From contig NOWV01000196.1 of NCBI GenBank assembly GCA_003344405.1, positions 1 through 64,000 of the forward strand: a DNA stretch of 64,000 bases, written 5' to 3'. This document shows positions 13,445 to 27,127 of the stretch, one piece after another. Position 1 is the stretch's first letter. The number at the start of each line of letters is the position of its first letter. Under the pieces are notes generated by a model. The model searched no databases, had not been told where the DNA came from, and saw only the letters and a list, made by a program, of their open reading frames with translations. This DNA comes from Trichoplax sp. H2. Its lineage: Eukaryota. The position numbers and the translations under genes are program-made.

Positions 13445-16400
13445 TTAGTCTTGGCTACTCTTTTGTTTCCATTTATCCAATACTTGCTTACATTCGGTAA
13501 ACACCTAAAAGTCAGGCAGGTAAATGGATTTGATGAGTAAAGTTGCTTTGTGATTTCCTGTAGAAGCCTTATTTTAATATTAATCAAGTCATACCAGTTC
13601 AATTTGGGGTCGTTCTTTGGCATTTTCAGCAAGGCACGCAGCAGATAAAGTAAGTAGTACTTTTCTTGGGCGATAAATATTAAGATAGTTAATATTTTTC
13701 TTCCATTTTATTCCTTTATCCTTGAGGTATTTCCAGTTTTTGTAAGAAGTATTCAACAGATAATCTTTCTATTGATGAGATGAAATACGATATGCAATAA
13801 ATTAATATAACTAAGATAAAGACGGAGATGTACAAAAAATTTGTTAATTTTGCAAACACAATGAAAATTAAAAGAACTAACCAGTTGAGTTGGTTTCCTA
13901 TTGCTATCATAAATCGCCTTCCCAGAAACTACAACTAAACAGATCTAATTGAAATATGAAGCAAAAAGGAGTATTGATTAGATCTTATTACGTGTAATTC
14001 AATATATTCAAAGCTTAATCGCATTTCTTACTGCTCCAAAGCTGTATATATCGTTAGAATAATCGATCATTCCACGTAGGGCTTCCTCGCAAAAATAGCC
14101 AATCTTATCGACTTTGGAAGATTGAGCTAGCTGAATGTTCTTAGAACAATTTACCTGTATACATCCATCGGCCAGTTTTGCTGTTCCATTTTCGTTTATC
14201 AAAACATTTGTGCTGTTAGATAAAAGGAAAATTTTAATTATCCTACTAAATTCAAGTTATGGAGGAAATGATCTGGTTTACAGTAATCCACGCTAAATAG
14301 AGCAAGTTATTACTAAGGATACTTCCTAATTGATGTGCTCAGCAGTGGTGGCAAAAAATACAACCACTGACTACTAAAGTGAAACTAAATTAATGCATCT
14401 TAGTAGTCCATGATAAAACATTATTGAATACTTAGGTTAGTCGTATATCGTTTCATTTCACTAGAATTATAGGCTTAATGCTAATATGCCGTATTTGCGC
14501 TGACACTACAGTTACCTAATCATCTTGCAGATACAGTTAATACACTGTAGATGGCAAGCATTAGTACTACATTAAAACATTATACTAAGAGATTCAATGA
14601 AGCTCAAGGAAAAACATCGAAAAGTAATTACGAATAAATAAGAATACGCTAATCGTTATTTACGGCAATAGAAAATATTTATGTATAATGATTGCAAGTA
14701 GGCTGTAGACTTTTATCATTTTAAATTGTTATAAACTAATTGATATTTAAGTAAAGTGCGTGATCCTTTCGTAAGGGTTAAGAATAAATATTGGACAGTC
14801 ATTACGAGTGGATATGATTACATTAATTATTATTTACAACACTAGCAAATAATAATGCTTAATACTTGCTAATAAACAACTGATTTTTACCATTTTAAAT
14901 TATTGTGAACTAGTTCATAATCGTGTATATAGCGCAATCCATTTGCTATATCAGATAGTATGGATAATCGTGTTCCACACTCAGGCAGCTTATTATCCTA
15001 AAATAAATCAAAGCCTCTATAATCAAATCATGGAGCTTTGTATCAATAGTAAAATAAGTTACAGTCGATTCAATAACATCATAATATTACTTTTAATAGC
15101 TCGTCAAGCGATAGATTTAGGAATTCTAGAAGTAAACCTCCAGGATCTGGGTAATAGTCATAGACGACCCTTATATTTCCATGCCTTAGTCTACAGTAAA
15201 TAAAAATTTTGTCGATGACGATGTTATAATAGGAATGGTAAAGCATTCTTGGTATATGTACGAATAAAATGTAGTCGATACAAAGTAAAAAGGGTGACAA
15301 GCCTGGGCATTATTTCAAGCTTTCATAGTATTCTGATATTTAATCTATCACAGAGCTTCTATAGCTTACCGTTTTAAGTCATTAATGACATTCAGGTTAT
15401 CGCCAAGATACTTACACATAGCCTAACAAAAGTTAAGAAACGATATCAAATAATATTGAAAAGAATGTGTAGAGATGAATATTTACTATAAAAACTTGAT
15501 CTATATTTGCAAAAAATTTAATGATAGAGAAAATTTTATATTGCCATTTGAAATAAATAAAATAGTTTTCAATTTAAAAGTATATCAAGTAGGCTATTAA
15601 GAAAACAAAGCTTTATCTGATATTTTAAGTAGTGATGTAGGTAACTTCAAATCAATGGATGCATTAATACTTGCTAGCTAAATGAAGGCTAAACTTTCAA
15701 TACTTGGAGTTTTAAGTCAACTATATATCGAATTGAAAGCGCTAGAAAACAGTATCATTTTAAATCGATTCCGTATATTGATAGAGCTGTCAATCGTTAA
15801 GCAACATTAAAGGCTTAAAATCGATGCCCCCTGTAGCCATGGTCAAGATATTGGTGCTAGACTTGAGTGCATAATGGAGTAGCGTTTTCAAAGATATCAT
15901 ATTGAGACATTAAAACAGTCAAATGCTATTACAGTGGCGTTTATATAGTTTAAATGGTCTAAATTTGCTACTATAATATTCAATGGTCACTTTAAGTAAT
16001 AAAATATTTTGTAGGCTACATGGGGAAAAAATTAATGAGTGGCTGTTTCAGAATAGGGAAAGAAAGACCACTTTATTACACTGCCTTAAGTTAAAGCTAA
16101 ATCAATTCTTAGTTCATATAGCTAATTCAATCTCGATTATAGAAAAGAATAGAAAAATTATCTATTTTAAGACATTCTAATTGGCTTGAAATTTAATCAT
16201 TATGAACATAATCAGATTGATGCGACGTTAAAACTATTTTAGTAGCTGATCAAATTTATCCTTGTAAAATTCAAGATAAAGATGAAATAAAACGAAACAG
16301 TATATATATATAGTGATCAATTAGAAGTCAATCTTATCAAAACGAGTCTATTTTATACGCAAAAAGATTCATCTTACTTCAATAAATGACATACCTCATC

Positions 16401-17018
16401 CTTCCATTTCTTAAAAACGTAAGGCTGCTTGTTTGAAACGATTTTGTAAGAAGTGCTCAATTTACCTGACCAACCATTGCTGTTGCTCATACAATTTTCA
16501 ATTATCTTCAGGATAAAATAAGTAGCAAAATAGATAGAAATTGATTATACTGTCAAGAGATTTTATTTTAGTTGATTGTATGTAAATAATTTGATTTTTA
16601 TAGTTCATCGACAACAGAGACTTACTGATTGCATTACGGCCCTTTCATTATTACCAGGATTGCTTCTACTAGAAGTTAGCAAAATGTTACTGGCTATACT
16701 AGGTTGAGAGGTTTGAGCAGAAGAGGATGATTTCCTAGGCTATAACGTTACAAAATAAAACTACAATCAATCAAGAAAATCTCTTTATGTAGCAACAACG
16801 GCGATGATGTATTTACTCACTAACTAAGAAAGTTTAAGGTACGAGTGCTAACTTAATTTAACCATTTTAGATTGTAATTTTCCGCTCAATGGATTAATTC
16901 GGAGCCAGTTATAAGTAAAACACTCAAAAAGAATTATCCAATTTTGAAATTTATTTGCTGTACTTACAAAACAACAGCAGGTTTTAACTTGTTTGTCATC
17001 AGATTGACTCTCACCCAT
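13445..17018 (-). CDS. P1: Pelle/IRAK-derived pseudokinase, 10 exons
   Basis: Approximate exons 17018-16968 (MGESQSDDKQVKTCCCF), 16739-16626, 16505-16395 (GWSGKLSTSY..YVFKKW), 15422-15370, 15190-15091 (LRHGNIR..LLLEFL), 14997-14891 (RLSILSDIANGLRYIH..VHNNLKC), 14213-14033 (TNVLI..AKLADGC..IGYFCEEAL..NDIYSFGA), 13944-13882, 13768-13595 (SYKNWKYLKD..RPRK..CL..RP), 13504-13445. In frame, GT-AG. Confidence 0.88.
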
Positions 17019-18425
17019 GGCTGTCCTTCACCGATTGCTAAAGTAGTCAGCACTTAGGATTATCGCATTAAAAAATTAATAAGTCTACTTAGATGTCGAC
17101 TATTACTGTAGTAAGTAAACAGCAATCGGTCTTCCGATCGATACTTCAAAGCAGGTTATTGTTTAGATTAAATAATTTTGCGTCTATGAAGTACAATAGC
17201 AATCGAAATAAATGTCCCTATGGCACAACTTTGCTATATCAGCTAATTTTATGGGTCTTTCTTCACTCTAGCTAGCATAGGCATGTTTATACCACTGGCT
17301 AGATTGGTCAAGCTTTATGATGGCTTTCTTTAGTTATTGGTCTAGTTAAGACGCCATCCTTATAGGATGATACAGTTTTTGTAAGTCTAGGCGAGCGAAT
17401 AATCACAGTGATTGACAAGGAGATGAGACTTTTGCCCTTAACTCGAGAGTCGATGATTTACTCGCTAGCAAGCTTGTGGTGGAGTTCTGGGAAACTTGCT
17501 TATGATATAACAATGTCCCCTTGTTTATAACAATACCAGAACATTTTATGGAATGTTAGTAATGTAGAGACTATGAATAGCAGTCAGTGATTATTCTTAG
17601 CGTCCAACAAAAACAATCTACTGTCTACTATCCCAATTTTTGAAATATAAGAATATTATAGATGAAAGTAGAGAATTAATAAAGTAACTAGCATTCCAAA
17701 TTTCCAATCAGCCTTTATTGATTAATTTAGAGTCACTTTTTTGCACTTCTATTAATTCATAGCCAATCCATTTTTATACAGATTAGCCCATCTAGTTCCA
17801 ACTTAATTGTGGTCTTCCTTTCAATCACTTAATAATAAACTTGAAAGGTCTCTTGATGGGCTCTCTAATTATTATGCCTGCGGCCATATTATTCTCCTAC
17901 TGTGACTTTGTAGCGGGCAATAAAACCTTTTGTCTCTCTAAACTCTCTATGAGTTCGGCAAGACTTATCAAACTGCAGTTTCTGTACTAACAAGATAATT
18001 CTTTCAGCTTATAACGCCTAGAGCAAATTATCCATTGACATTTTTCACGGTTTATTAGTAAAGTTAAAAGGTAGGTAAGAAAGTTAATAAACGCACTTTA
18101 AATAATGCTTTCGGGTGGTTCCGGTTGCATGTAATTTTAATTGTTTACTTTAATTATTGATACAGTTGATTTGATGTAAATTTCACTAATCAAGGCGTTA
18201 TTGAACGCACTCCAAATTTAAAAAATTTTTTTCTAGTATTGCAGGTAGTCTGTTCTATCTAGCATTGTAACTAGAATGATATTTTGTCAGCTTCCTGCTG
18301 CAATTTGATAGATAATGAATTGTTTAATAATTACAATTAATCCTTTGCAGGTTTTTAGGCAAAACTGAAATTGATCTCCGATCTGGGCCTTATTTTAGTA
18401 TTACTTTACCGAGTTAGAAAAGAAA

Positions 18426-21400
18426 ATGGGAAACGGATGTTCATGTTTTAAGAGTCAGGTAAATTGTAGACTACAGAGAGTTCTGGTTGTTTGTCTGATA
18501 GCTATTTGTGAAGATCAATTACTGCTGTCACATACATAAAATGCGGTACTTAATTAATCTTAGAACATAAAGTTAAATTTTTCCAATCTCTATGCTTACT
18601 TGATTGCAATTGAGACCATGTAAAATGATTAAATTACTTAGGAACGGGAATTATTGCCAACAGTTGGAGATTCGAGCTTTGCAATACAACCTAAGGTATT
18701 ACATTCTGTTAATGCTTACAGGATAGCGCTGGATATTTGTAACTATTTAAGGACGAACCATTATAGAATTATTTCCATCAAATTGTGCATTTAAGATAGT
18801 TAAACTTGTTCTAGGATGTAAATAGGGCAACAAATAACTTTTCTGATGAGTACAGGATTGGTAGAGGCGGTTTTGGGGAGGTCTATCGAGCTGATTTGGA
18901 TCAACATGGCCACGTCGCTATCAAGCGAATTAAAAAAGATTTAGTAAGCAGCTTTTGAGGTTCATTGCAGTGTCTAAACTATCAGTATTTTATGATTCAG
19001 CAATATCAATTATAAAACGAATCAAGATTAGTAATTTGCTTATTTTAATCATCTGCTTAACATTTATTCAATAATCTAATGCTGATGCACTGAAAGTTAT
19101 CGATGGAAGATGAACGAGAATGTAAACTTCTATCTGAGTAAGAATTAATTACAACACTTGTATACTGAAAAATACACTACAGTAAATATAGTAAAGACAG
19201 CTTATAAAATGTAAAGTAGAATCGATTTATCAAACGATCTTCCTTCAGAATTGCATCTATATTACACTAGAAGTTAGCATATGATTAAACCGATATAATA
19301 CTGCTTCTACATTCAGTAAGTTTCTATACGGTAGTAATTCGATGGTTACTACTTACTTCTAGCTATCAACATCCTAATCTCGTTCGATTTCATACTGCGT
19401 TGGTTGTTGATAAGCACCTGTGCATAGTTATGGAGCTTGTAGCAAATGGCAGTTTAAGAATAATGCTGAAAAATGAGGTAAAATCTTTTTTGCGATATTA
19501 AATGTATCTTCGTAAAGGTATCTCTAGGCTACTCCAACTTTATTTAATGAAAAATATGATGATGCTGTTCAAGTTCGAAATTTTGAATAAAATTAACTAT
19601 GGCTGTGATGTATTAACTGTTTCATGTAAACCATTTCGTTACGATCATTTTCATTTATATCAGTTCTTGTTCACATTCCAATGGAAACGTTATAATTGCT
19701 AAAACTTTATGAATTTCAGGGTGGAAATCTGGATTATAAAATCAGATTAAATATTTGCAAAGGCATAGCCAAAGGAATCAATTATCTTCATACAGCATAT
19801 AGCACACATCTAGTACACAGAGACATAAAAACCGATAACGTATTGCTTACGGAAGACTACACGGCTAAAATATGCGATTTTGGTCTTGGAAAAATATTAT
19901 GTCAAAAATTTAATAGCGAAACCGTTATAACTAGCCACATATGTGGAACTGAAGCATATTTACCTCCAGAAGCTCTCCAAGGAAAAGTATCACGTCGTCT
20001 TGATATCTATAGCTACGGAGTTGTACGTATATATAATTATAAAAGTACGGTATAGAATCAATGCTATAATGGCTTGCAAGACTCATTTTTTTCATCATTT
20101 TCTGGCAGGTATTACTTGAGATTCTATCGGGAAAATCACCTCTTTACAATGGTAGTGAAAAATGTCGTTTCTTGGTTAGTCCATATTCAAGTGCTACATG
20201 AATACCATAGCATTGGATTATGTACACTGACATAAATATTGTATAGCTAGCCTATAATTTACATTTCAAAATGCAATATATTTTGGCATATATAGCACTC
20301 ATCATTATGAAAGCTCTCCTATTAGTTCGATTTTAATGGCCATATGCTATAAATCAATTACAGTGCTCGTATAAATGAAGAAGCTCTAGAATTACTGCTA
20401 ATAATTACCATACCGAGAAATTGATTTGATATTTTGAGATGATGAAAATCGAAATCGACTTAACTTTAGACGCTCGAGTTCATTAAAAAAAACAAAGGAT
20501 TTGAGATTGATTCGTTGAAAAAATTAAATCAAAGACCTTCAAACTATATTTTATTTCAAAATATTTTTACTTCAATTCAACAATAGATAAAGTACTCATA
20601 TCTATATACTCGTAGATCTAGTGAATCTACTTAAGATTGCTACCGTTCTTGTTTTGAAATTAAGTACTTTTAAGAGCCCGTAAATATCGACAAACTACTT
20701 GATAGTGGAGTTTGACAAGTATTTGTTACCTTTTCATACAGCAAAATGAATGCAGAAAATTTTTATAGTATTTTTAATAATCAAGGTCAAATTACTTTAT
20801 CTCTCCTACTAATTTATTATTGCCAAGTTACCATAATCTGAACGGTCAATACTAAATACTGTTAGAGAAGTTCAGTTTAATCCTAATCATATTTGCTACG
20901 AATCATAAACTTATGTTAAGTTTCAAGCAAGAAAAATATCTCAGAAACTCTTATAATATTTATCAGTGCTCCATCGCTTAATTTTATCTATCATATATTT
21001 AACCGATGATTTTTCCATTAGATATGATATGTGCTTGATAGGCTAAAATAATAGATAAAATTTAGACAAATGTTATAACAATATTGATAAATTGATTATT
21101 CTAAAGTGCGTACATAATCCTTTTGAAATCATTATTAGGTTGGTCTATTTCATCTTCACTATAATCACAATAGAACCGCGTTTCCAATCGATGAAACTGC
21201 CAATTGGCCTAATGATTATAAAAGGGGATTAATGGAGTTAGCCAAATGGTGTCTAAAGACTAAATATAGAAAGAGACCTTTGATGAATCAGGTCGGTAGC
21301 AAGAATAGCTTAATTATTATACGGTACGTTCGATTTTATATAGATCGATTACTGAGTAAAATCTAAATTTTTATTTTATACGGTAAGGTGATTATCGAAT

Positions 21401-21435
21401 TAGAAAAAATCTTTTCCAGGAATGTTTGCGCGTAA
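18426..21435 (+). CDS. K3: Pelle/IRAK-like Ser/Thr kinase, catalytically intact, 9 exons
   Basis: Exons 18426-18458 (MGNGCSCFKSQ), 18642-18695, 18815-18943 (ATNNFSDEYRIGRGGFGEVY..VAIKR), 19097-19137, 19363-19477, 19720-20022 (HRDIKTDN, DFG, LPPE), 20109-20174, 21139-21291, 21388-21435 (VIIELEKIFSRNVCA*). Confidence 0.92.
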
Positions 21436-21734
21436 TTTCTTGAAGGATAGCCAATGATGGACATTTTTAAAAGCTTTTAATTTGCTTACTTGATCCTGAG
21501 GATGAACTAATGCTACATCTCCGCATGGATTAAAAATCAAATTTAGTTGATCGCAGAGTATCAGCTGGTTAAATGTGGGCAGTATCAAACAATTTTAAGA
21601 GTTCAACTTCATAGATTGTACTAACAATAACCGTAGTGTACTACTTATTTGTATAATGTACATTTAACTATTCATACCGTGGAAATCTCTTATACTCTAG
21701 CTTGATTGTATCGTAGAACTATTGAATTAAGCTA

Positions 21735-23237
21735 TTCTTAATAGTCATTCGTATTTTAGGAATAATTTCCCCTGCTGTGCTTCTTACATTATAAAAGCGC
21801 TAATATTGCATCTACCTCGTTAGTTAGTTCTGTTAGTTGCATAGTAAGCTTGTACGCTTTACGTATTCTACATTACTAAAGCTATTTGACTACTTACGTC
21901 GTTGTACACGCTATAACCTCACGTGGCTTTCCTCTACCACTAATTCCAATAAACTCTACTCTTCTCTGCTAATTTAACTCTGGTAATTTAATTGCAATTA
22001 TGACTGACCCTAAACCTTCCGAAATATCACTATAACAACCCAATACGAGATTGTTTCGTCGGTTATTGATGTTAATGTAAGATTATTAGGTGTTTAAATT
22101 CCCTCGGACTTGATTAGTAAACTAATTCTGACGACAAATCGTAATTCTACTAGATCTATGATGAATCAAATGGTCTTAGGTATAGGCTATCCAATGATAT
22201 AAATATGATGAAATTGTCACTACAACTATCCTAATGTATTAAGTATTGATAAAACCAGCCATAAATTATACTATAGATTACATTATGATTAGACAACTAT
22301 CCACACTAGCTATTTAATTTACATTGTACAAGTGTGGATCTAACTATACAGATATTCATTTACAATTCATCATCATACTGTATGTTATATATATAAATAT
22401 TTCTATAGACTAAATTGATCACTGTTTTACTATCTTCTAATTAAATTAAAAGATATTCGTATTGCAATTTTTTACGCCACACGTATAAAAGCCCTTGGTT
22501 CTCAAGCCATAGATTAATCAAATAGGGTATAAACAAGCAGCTTTTAAGCATTTATGTCATCTTTGACAACGTATATAATTTTTGCCCCCTATATTACTCC
22601 TGAATAATGAAAAAACGCGATGTACCTTTTCTACTGAGCTGAAGATGGCAAGATCGCGATACACTACCAAAGTGCAATTTTAAGATTTACTCGTAACTGA
22701 GTATCGAATTATACATTGTAAGCATACTGATAAACTGAACTATATAAATTGATTTCATATCAATACCGAGTTGGCAACTGTAGTGTTTACTTCTAAATAC
22801 GGTATAGTCTATTTTTAGTAAAAGTCAATTTCCACTAGATTGTAGCATAACTCTAAATATGTATAATTTATATTTAACAAAATACTCTGTGGAAATCGCT
22901 TTGAATCTAGCTGAATTTATATCGTAGCCCTGTCTTAACATAGAAGTAACATATTCTTATTAGTCATTTATGATTTCCTCCTGCTGTGCTTTATACATTA
23001 TAAAAGCTATCTTCTTTCACCTATCTCGTTAGTTAGTTCTGCTAGTTACACGGTAAGCTTGCACGTTTTACCTATGCTACATTACTATAGCTATTCGACT
23101 AGTCACGTCGTTATACACGCTGTAATCTCACACGGTCTTTCCTTTGCGCTAATTCCAATAAACTCTATTCCTCTACTAAATTAACTCTGGTAATTTACTG
23201 TGATCATGACGAATCCACAATCTTCCGAAACATCACA
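21735..23237. repeat. Direct repeat, 2 x ~290 bp (21735-22030 and 22953-23237), between K3 and P2
   Basis: Shared blocks cctgctgtgctt..tacattataaaagc, ctcgttagttagttctg.tagtt, ctaattccaataaactcta, ttaactctggtaattta, cttccgaaa.atcac. Confidence 0.9.
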
Positions 23238-24193
23238 GCAACTTATTACTGAAAAAAAGGATGTTCCTTATTTTACTTAAATGTCCTTGCATGTACTGTA
23301 GAAGTGATAATATAAGATGAGAAATCTTAATTTATGGTACTTTCGATTTTAGCAAAGTTATAGAATATAGAGTGTATCTCGCTACTCATGAAAGTGTCTA
23401 TAACAAATAATGAGTGACTATTATCCGATCGTAAGTTAATACTAACATTAAACATGAAATGCATAAAACAATTATTAGGCTATAGTACCGCATAAATTGA
23501 CATCCAAAAGCAATATCATCTTCTACACGACGATGAATTAATATTTATACTCGTAAGATATGAGGAAATTGACTCAATATAATCTGCTCATAAATTTGAT
23601 AATAAGTAATTTAATTTTCGGCAAACGCTGCTACAGTAATTAAAACTGAACTTAATTAATTATTAACATGCAACATAACGTGAGCAGACTGCCGTATTGG
23701 CTTAATTTTTCTCAGGTCCAATTCATCACATGTTCGGTGCTAGAATTCATCTAACTTCTATTTAAAGGTCTATCTACTTCAATTTTTGGCAACTAAAATA
23801 CGAGAATTAATATTTAAAAATGCATTAAATTATATAATCTAAAGGAAGTTAGCTATCTAGCCGTTACGGTATTAGAATATGATGAAGATTGATCTATTTG
23901 CTAATTAGTACGCAAATTAATTAACTGACCATTTTTTTAAAGAATAATCATATTGCACAAAAACGCGATTTGTAATCTGCAAGGATCTGTTTCCGCTAAC
24001 TATGTTGGCTAACTCATTTAACTTCTCTACTATTATTAAATCCCATCTCAGAAATGGTGATTTTCAATCACATGTTGAAAAAAAAAATTGCCTGATGATA
24101 GATAGTGCTTAACTACAGATAGGACAAAGTCTACTTTGATTAAAATGACTGCATGTGATAGATTGTAATTACTAAGCGGAATATGAATAAAAA

Positions 24194-27127
24194 TTAATGG
24201 CTGCCAACGTTTCCTTTCCAGTTAATTAATAGCTGCTGACAGTTTTGCGATACCTGAAAAATCGAAACGTAAATATTTAAAAGAATTCTAATTGCATTAT
24301 GAATACATGCTGTGGCTTTCATTTAATTCTAATCGAGTCTTACCTTATCTATCGTAGGGCGATCTTGGGCAGTTTCAGAAAGACAATTAGCAGCTAAACC
24401 TAGCAGTGCTTTCCTTGGACGATCAGTCTTGAACATAGTTAATTTTTTGTTCCATTTTATATTTTCATCCTTAAGGTATTTCCAGTTCTTGTAAGAGGTA
24501 TTTAATAAATATTCTTTCTGTCGAAAAAAATAGATATGTAAATAAAAATGAGTTAAGTAAAATCAACGCTGCAGCATCGAAAAGAATTTGCTTATTCTTA
24601 TAAAACTATGCGCGTTAAGAGAGCTAACCAACAGAGATGGCTTCCTATCTCTTGCATAAATCGGCTTTCCAGAAACTATAACTAAACAAATCTAATCGAA
24701 ATATCAAACAAAATAGAACATGTATTAAGTCTTATCATATGTAACTCAAATCAAGTTATAACTTTCTTGATTTTACTTACTGCTCCAAAACTGAATATAT
24801 CGTTAGAGAAAGCAATTCTTCCAGCTAGAGCTTCTTCGCAACAATAACCAATCTTATCAATCTGGGTAGATAAAGCCAGTTTCACTTGCGTGTCATTGCC
24901 ATTATTGATACATCCGTCGCTTAACTTTGCTATTCCTTTACTTCTGTCTATCAAAACATTTGTGCTGATAGATAAAAATGCAACTTTAATCGTAGCTACG
25001 GCATACATGATTATTTACAAAAGTATATAAATTAATGTAGATATTGAAAACAAGCTTTGCCCTAAGGTATCACTAATTTACGATATCTGCTTTACATAAG
25101 TGCGTATATTTCAATCATTGCAAGCTTAATGCTCAATTTTACCATTTTAGATCATTGTGAACTAATTGACAATTGTGCAAATAGCGTAGTCCTTCCGCAA
25201 TATCGCACATTATGGACAATCGCCCTTCACAGTGAGGTAATTCCTTCTTCTAAAATAAATTATTATCACTTTTAGTAGCATTAATCATAAAGATTTGTTC
25301 TAACAGGAGAACTAGTTTCAGTCTACTAAAGTCGCGCAAAACTACTACCTTTACTAGCTGCTGAAGGGATAAAGGCAAAAATTCCTGAAGGAAGCCTTCA
25401 AGATCTTGATAGTAAGCAAAGACTTTTCGCACGTTTTTGTGCTTTAATCTACAGTATCAGAATTGGATTAAGGATATTATTAATAGGTGAATGCTTCGGC
25501 AAATTTAATAGATATCGAATAAGGTAAGGTAAAAAGAACTTAAAATTGTGATAAGGACAAGCACAATTTCAAGGCATACACAGTAACACTCTTCCATAAA
25601 GTCTCTGTGCATGATTTCTCTAGCTTACCGTACTAAGTCGTTGGCTATTTTTGCGTCGTTAGCAATATACTTATGGACAGCCTAACGAGAGATTAAAAGA
25701 AGAGGTCAAACAAACTATACAGTATTAAAAAGTTGACGTGGAAATACCATAATTTAATATGAAAACTTGAATTATAATATAAAATATATTCTATTTGACA
25801 TTGCAGTTTTAACTATGCTAAACTGAAAATATTTCAATTTAGATATATGCCAAGTAGCAAGGCTAAATAATAATTATATATATAATTAATAAACAGGAAG
25901 ATAATTAAGGATTACATCCCATTCTGCTATTCTAATTAGTGGTATTGATTACTTAAAGTAAAATAATTAATAACTGAAATCCAAATAAAATCTTAGTCTG
26001 CAAAGCTTGGAATTTGAAGCTTACTAAGCTTTAAATCGAGAAAATTAAAACGTATTGTTTAATATACCGTAGTTGTGCTAGAGCTATAAACTATTCAGTC
26101 TGCTGCTTGAATTTACGGCTTAAAATTCATTACTATGTTGAAAGTAATTAAGTTACTAGTCTATAAATTTGATTAGATATAGAAGTTCATGCCATTTCTG
26201 TAGTAGAAAAGTATGATAAAATGTTTTATCTAGAAATTTGTGATTACTTCGTAATCCAATGATGGTCAACGAGTCAGATTTACGAAATTTTGCAACTATT
26301 TTGATATCTAGCTAGATTAATCTTACTAATAACCATGATGCTTGTAAAGGATTAAACGGGATAACATTCAATTGCTTTTGCAAGTAATAAATTAGACACA
26401 GCATTAATTCATTTCGATTCGGCTTTGGTAAAGGAAATTATTTGCCTTTTTCCAAAAAATCCTATACCTCATTTTTCCAGGCCTTAAAAGTATAAATCTT
26501 TCCAGCAAATACAAATCGGTAAGTAACACTTGATGGACCTGGCCAACCTTGTCGTTTTGCGACATAATCTCTAATCGTCTTTATTAATAGCAGTAGTCAT
26601 TGAATAGATATACGCATATATACATAAATTGGCCTTACAGTGACAAATTTCTAGTGAATATATAGATTGGAAATTATTTTCATGCGATAATCGAAACTTA
26701 CGGCATCTGGTACAGGGCCCAACCCATTGCCAATACAAGATTTTACAAACTTTTTCGAAGTAGCTAGATCGTCACTAACGTCGCGATGTTTAGGAATTCT
26801 ACGAAAGGAGCGGAATAAATTCCAAGGCTATAGGTTGTAAGAAGAAAAAATCCACAATTAAAAAAAGAGCAAATTGATATCGTACGTCTAGACCATTATC
26901 AAATCTATACTATACGAAAGAAATTACAGAATGACTGATTTAGGTTATTAATCTAAATTGCCGATGAATTGGTTGACATTTAGTAGAGCCAAATCAGTAT
27001 AGTTTAATGTAGTACAAGTATAGCTCCTCATCCCAGTTTTAAAATAAAGTTATCATACTTTGCTGCGAAAGTTTCTAATTCCATCGTCTTTAGTCTGTGG
27101 ATTATCATTTAAATACCATTTCTCCAT
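24194..27127 (-). CDS. P2: P-clade pseudokinase or atypical kinase (HND retained), 10 exons
   Basis: Putative first exon 27127-~27059 (MEKWYLNDNPQTKDDGIRNFRSK), then PWNLFRSFRR.., GWPGPSSVTY..YTFKAW, AVHKYIAN.., LKHKNVR.., VHNDLKC^TNVLI..AKLSDGC..IGYCCEEAL..NDIFSFGA, ICLVIVSGKP, SYKNWKYLKD..RPRK..CLSETAQDRP, and last exon 24253-24194. Exon structure matches P1; the first exon is the least certain. Confidence 0.86.

Noticed and set aside
13414..13910. ORF-track ORFs 13414-13632 and 13716-13910 (the latter TM-looking)
   Set aside because: Out-of-frame reads of P1 exons plus intron; the hydrophobic part is intron sequence, so P1 has no TM domain.
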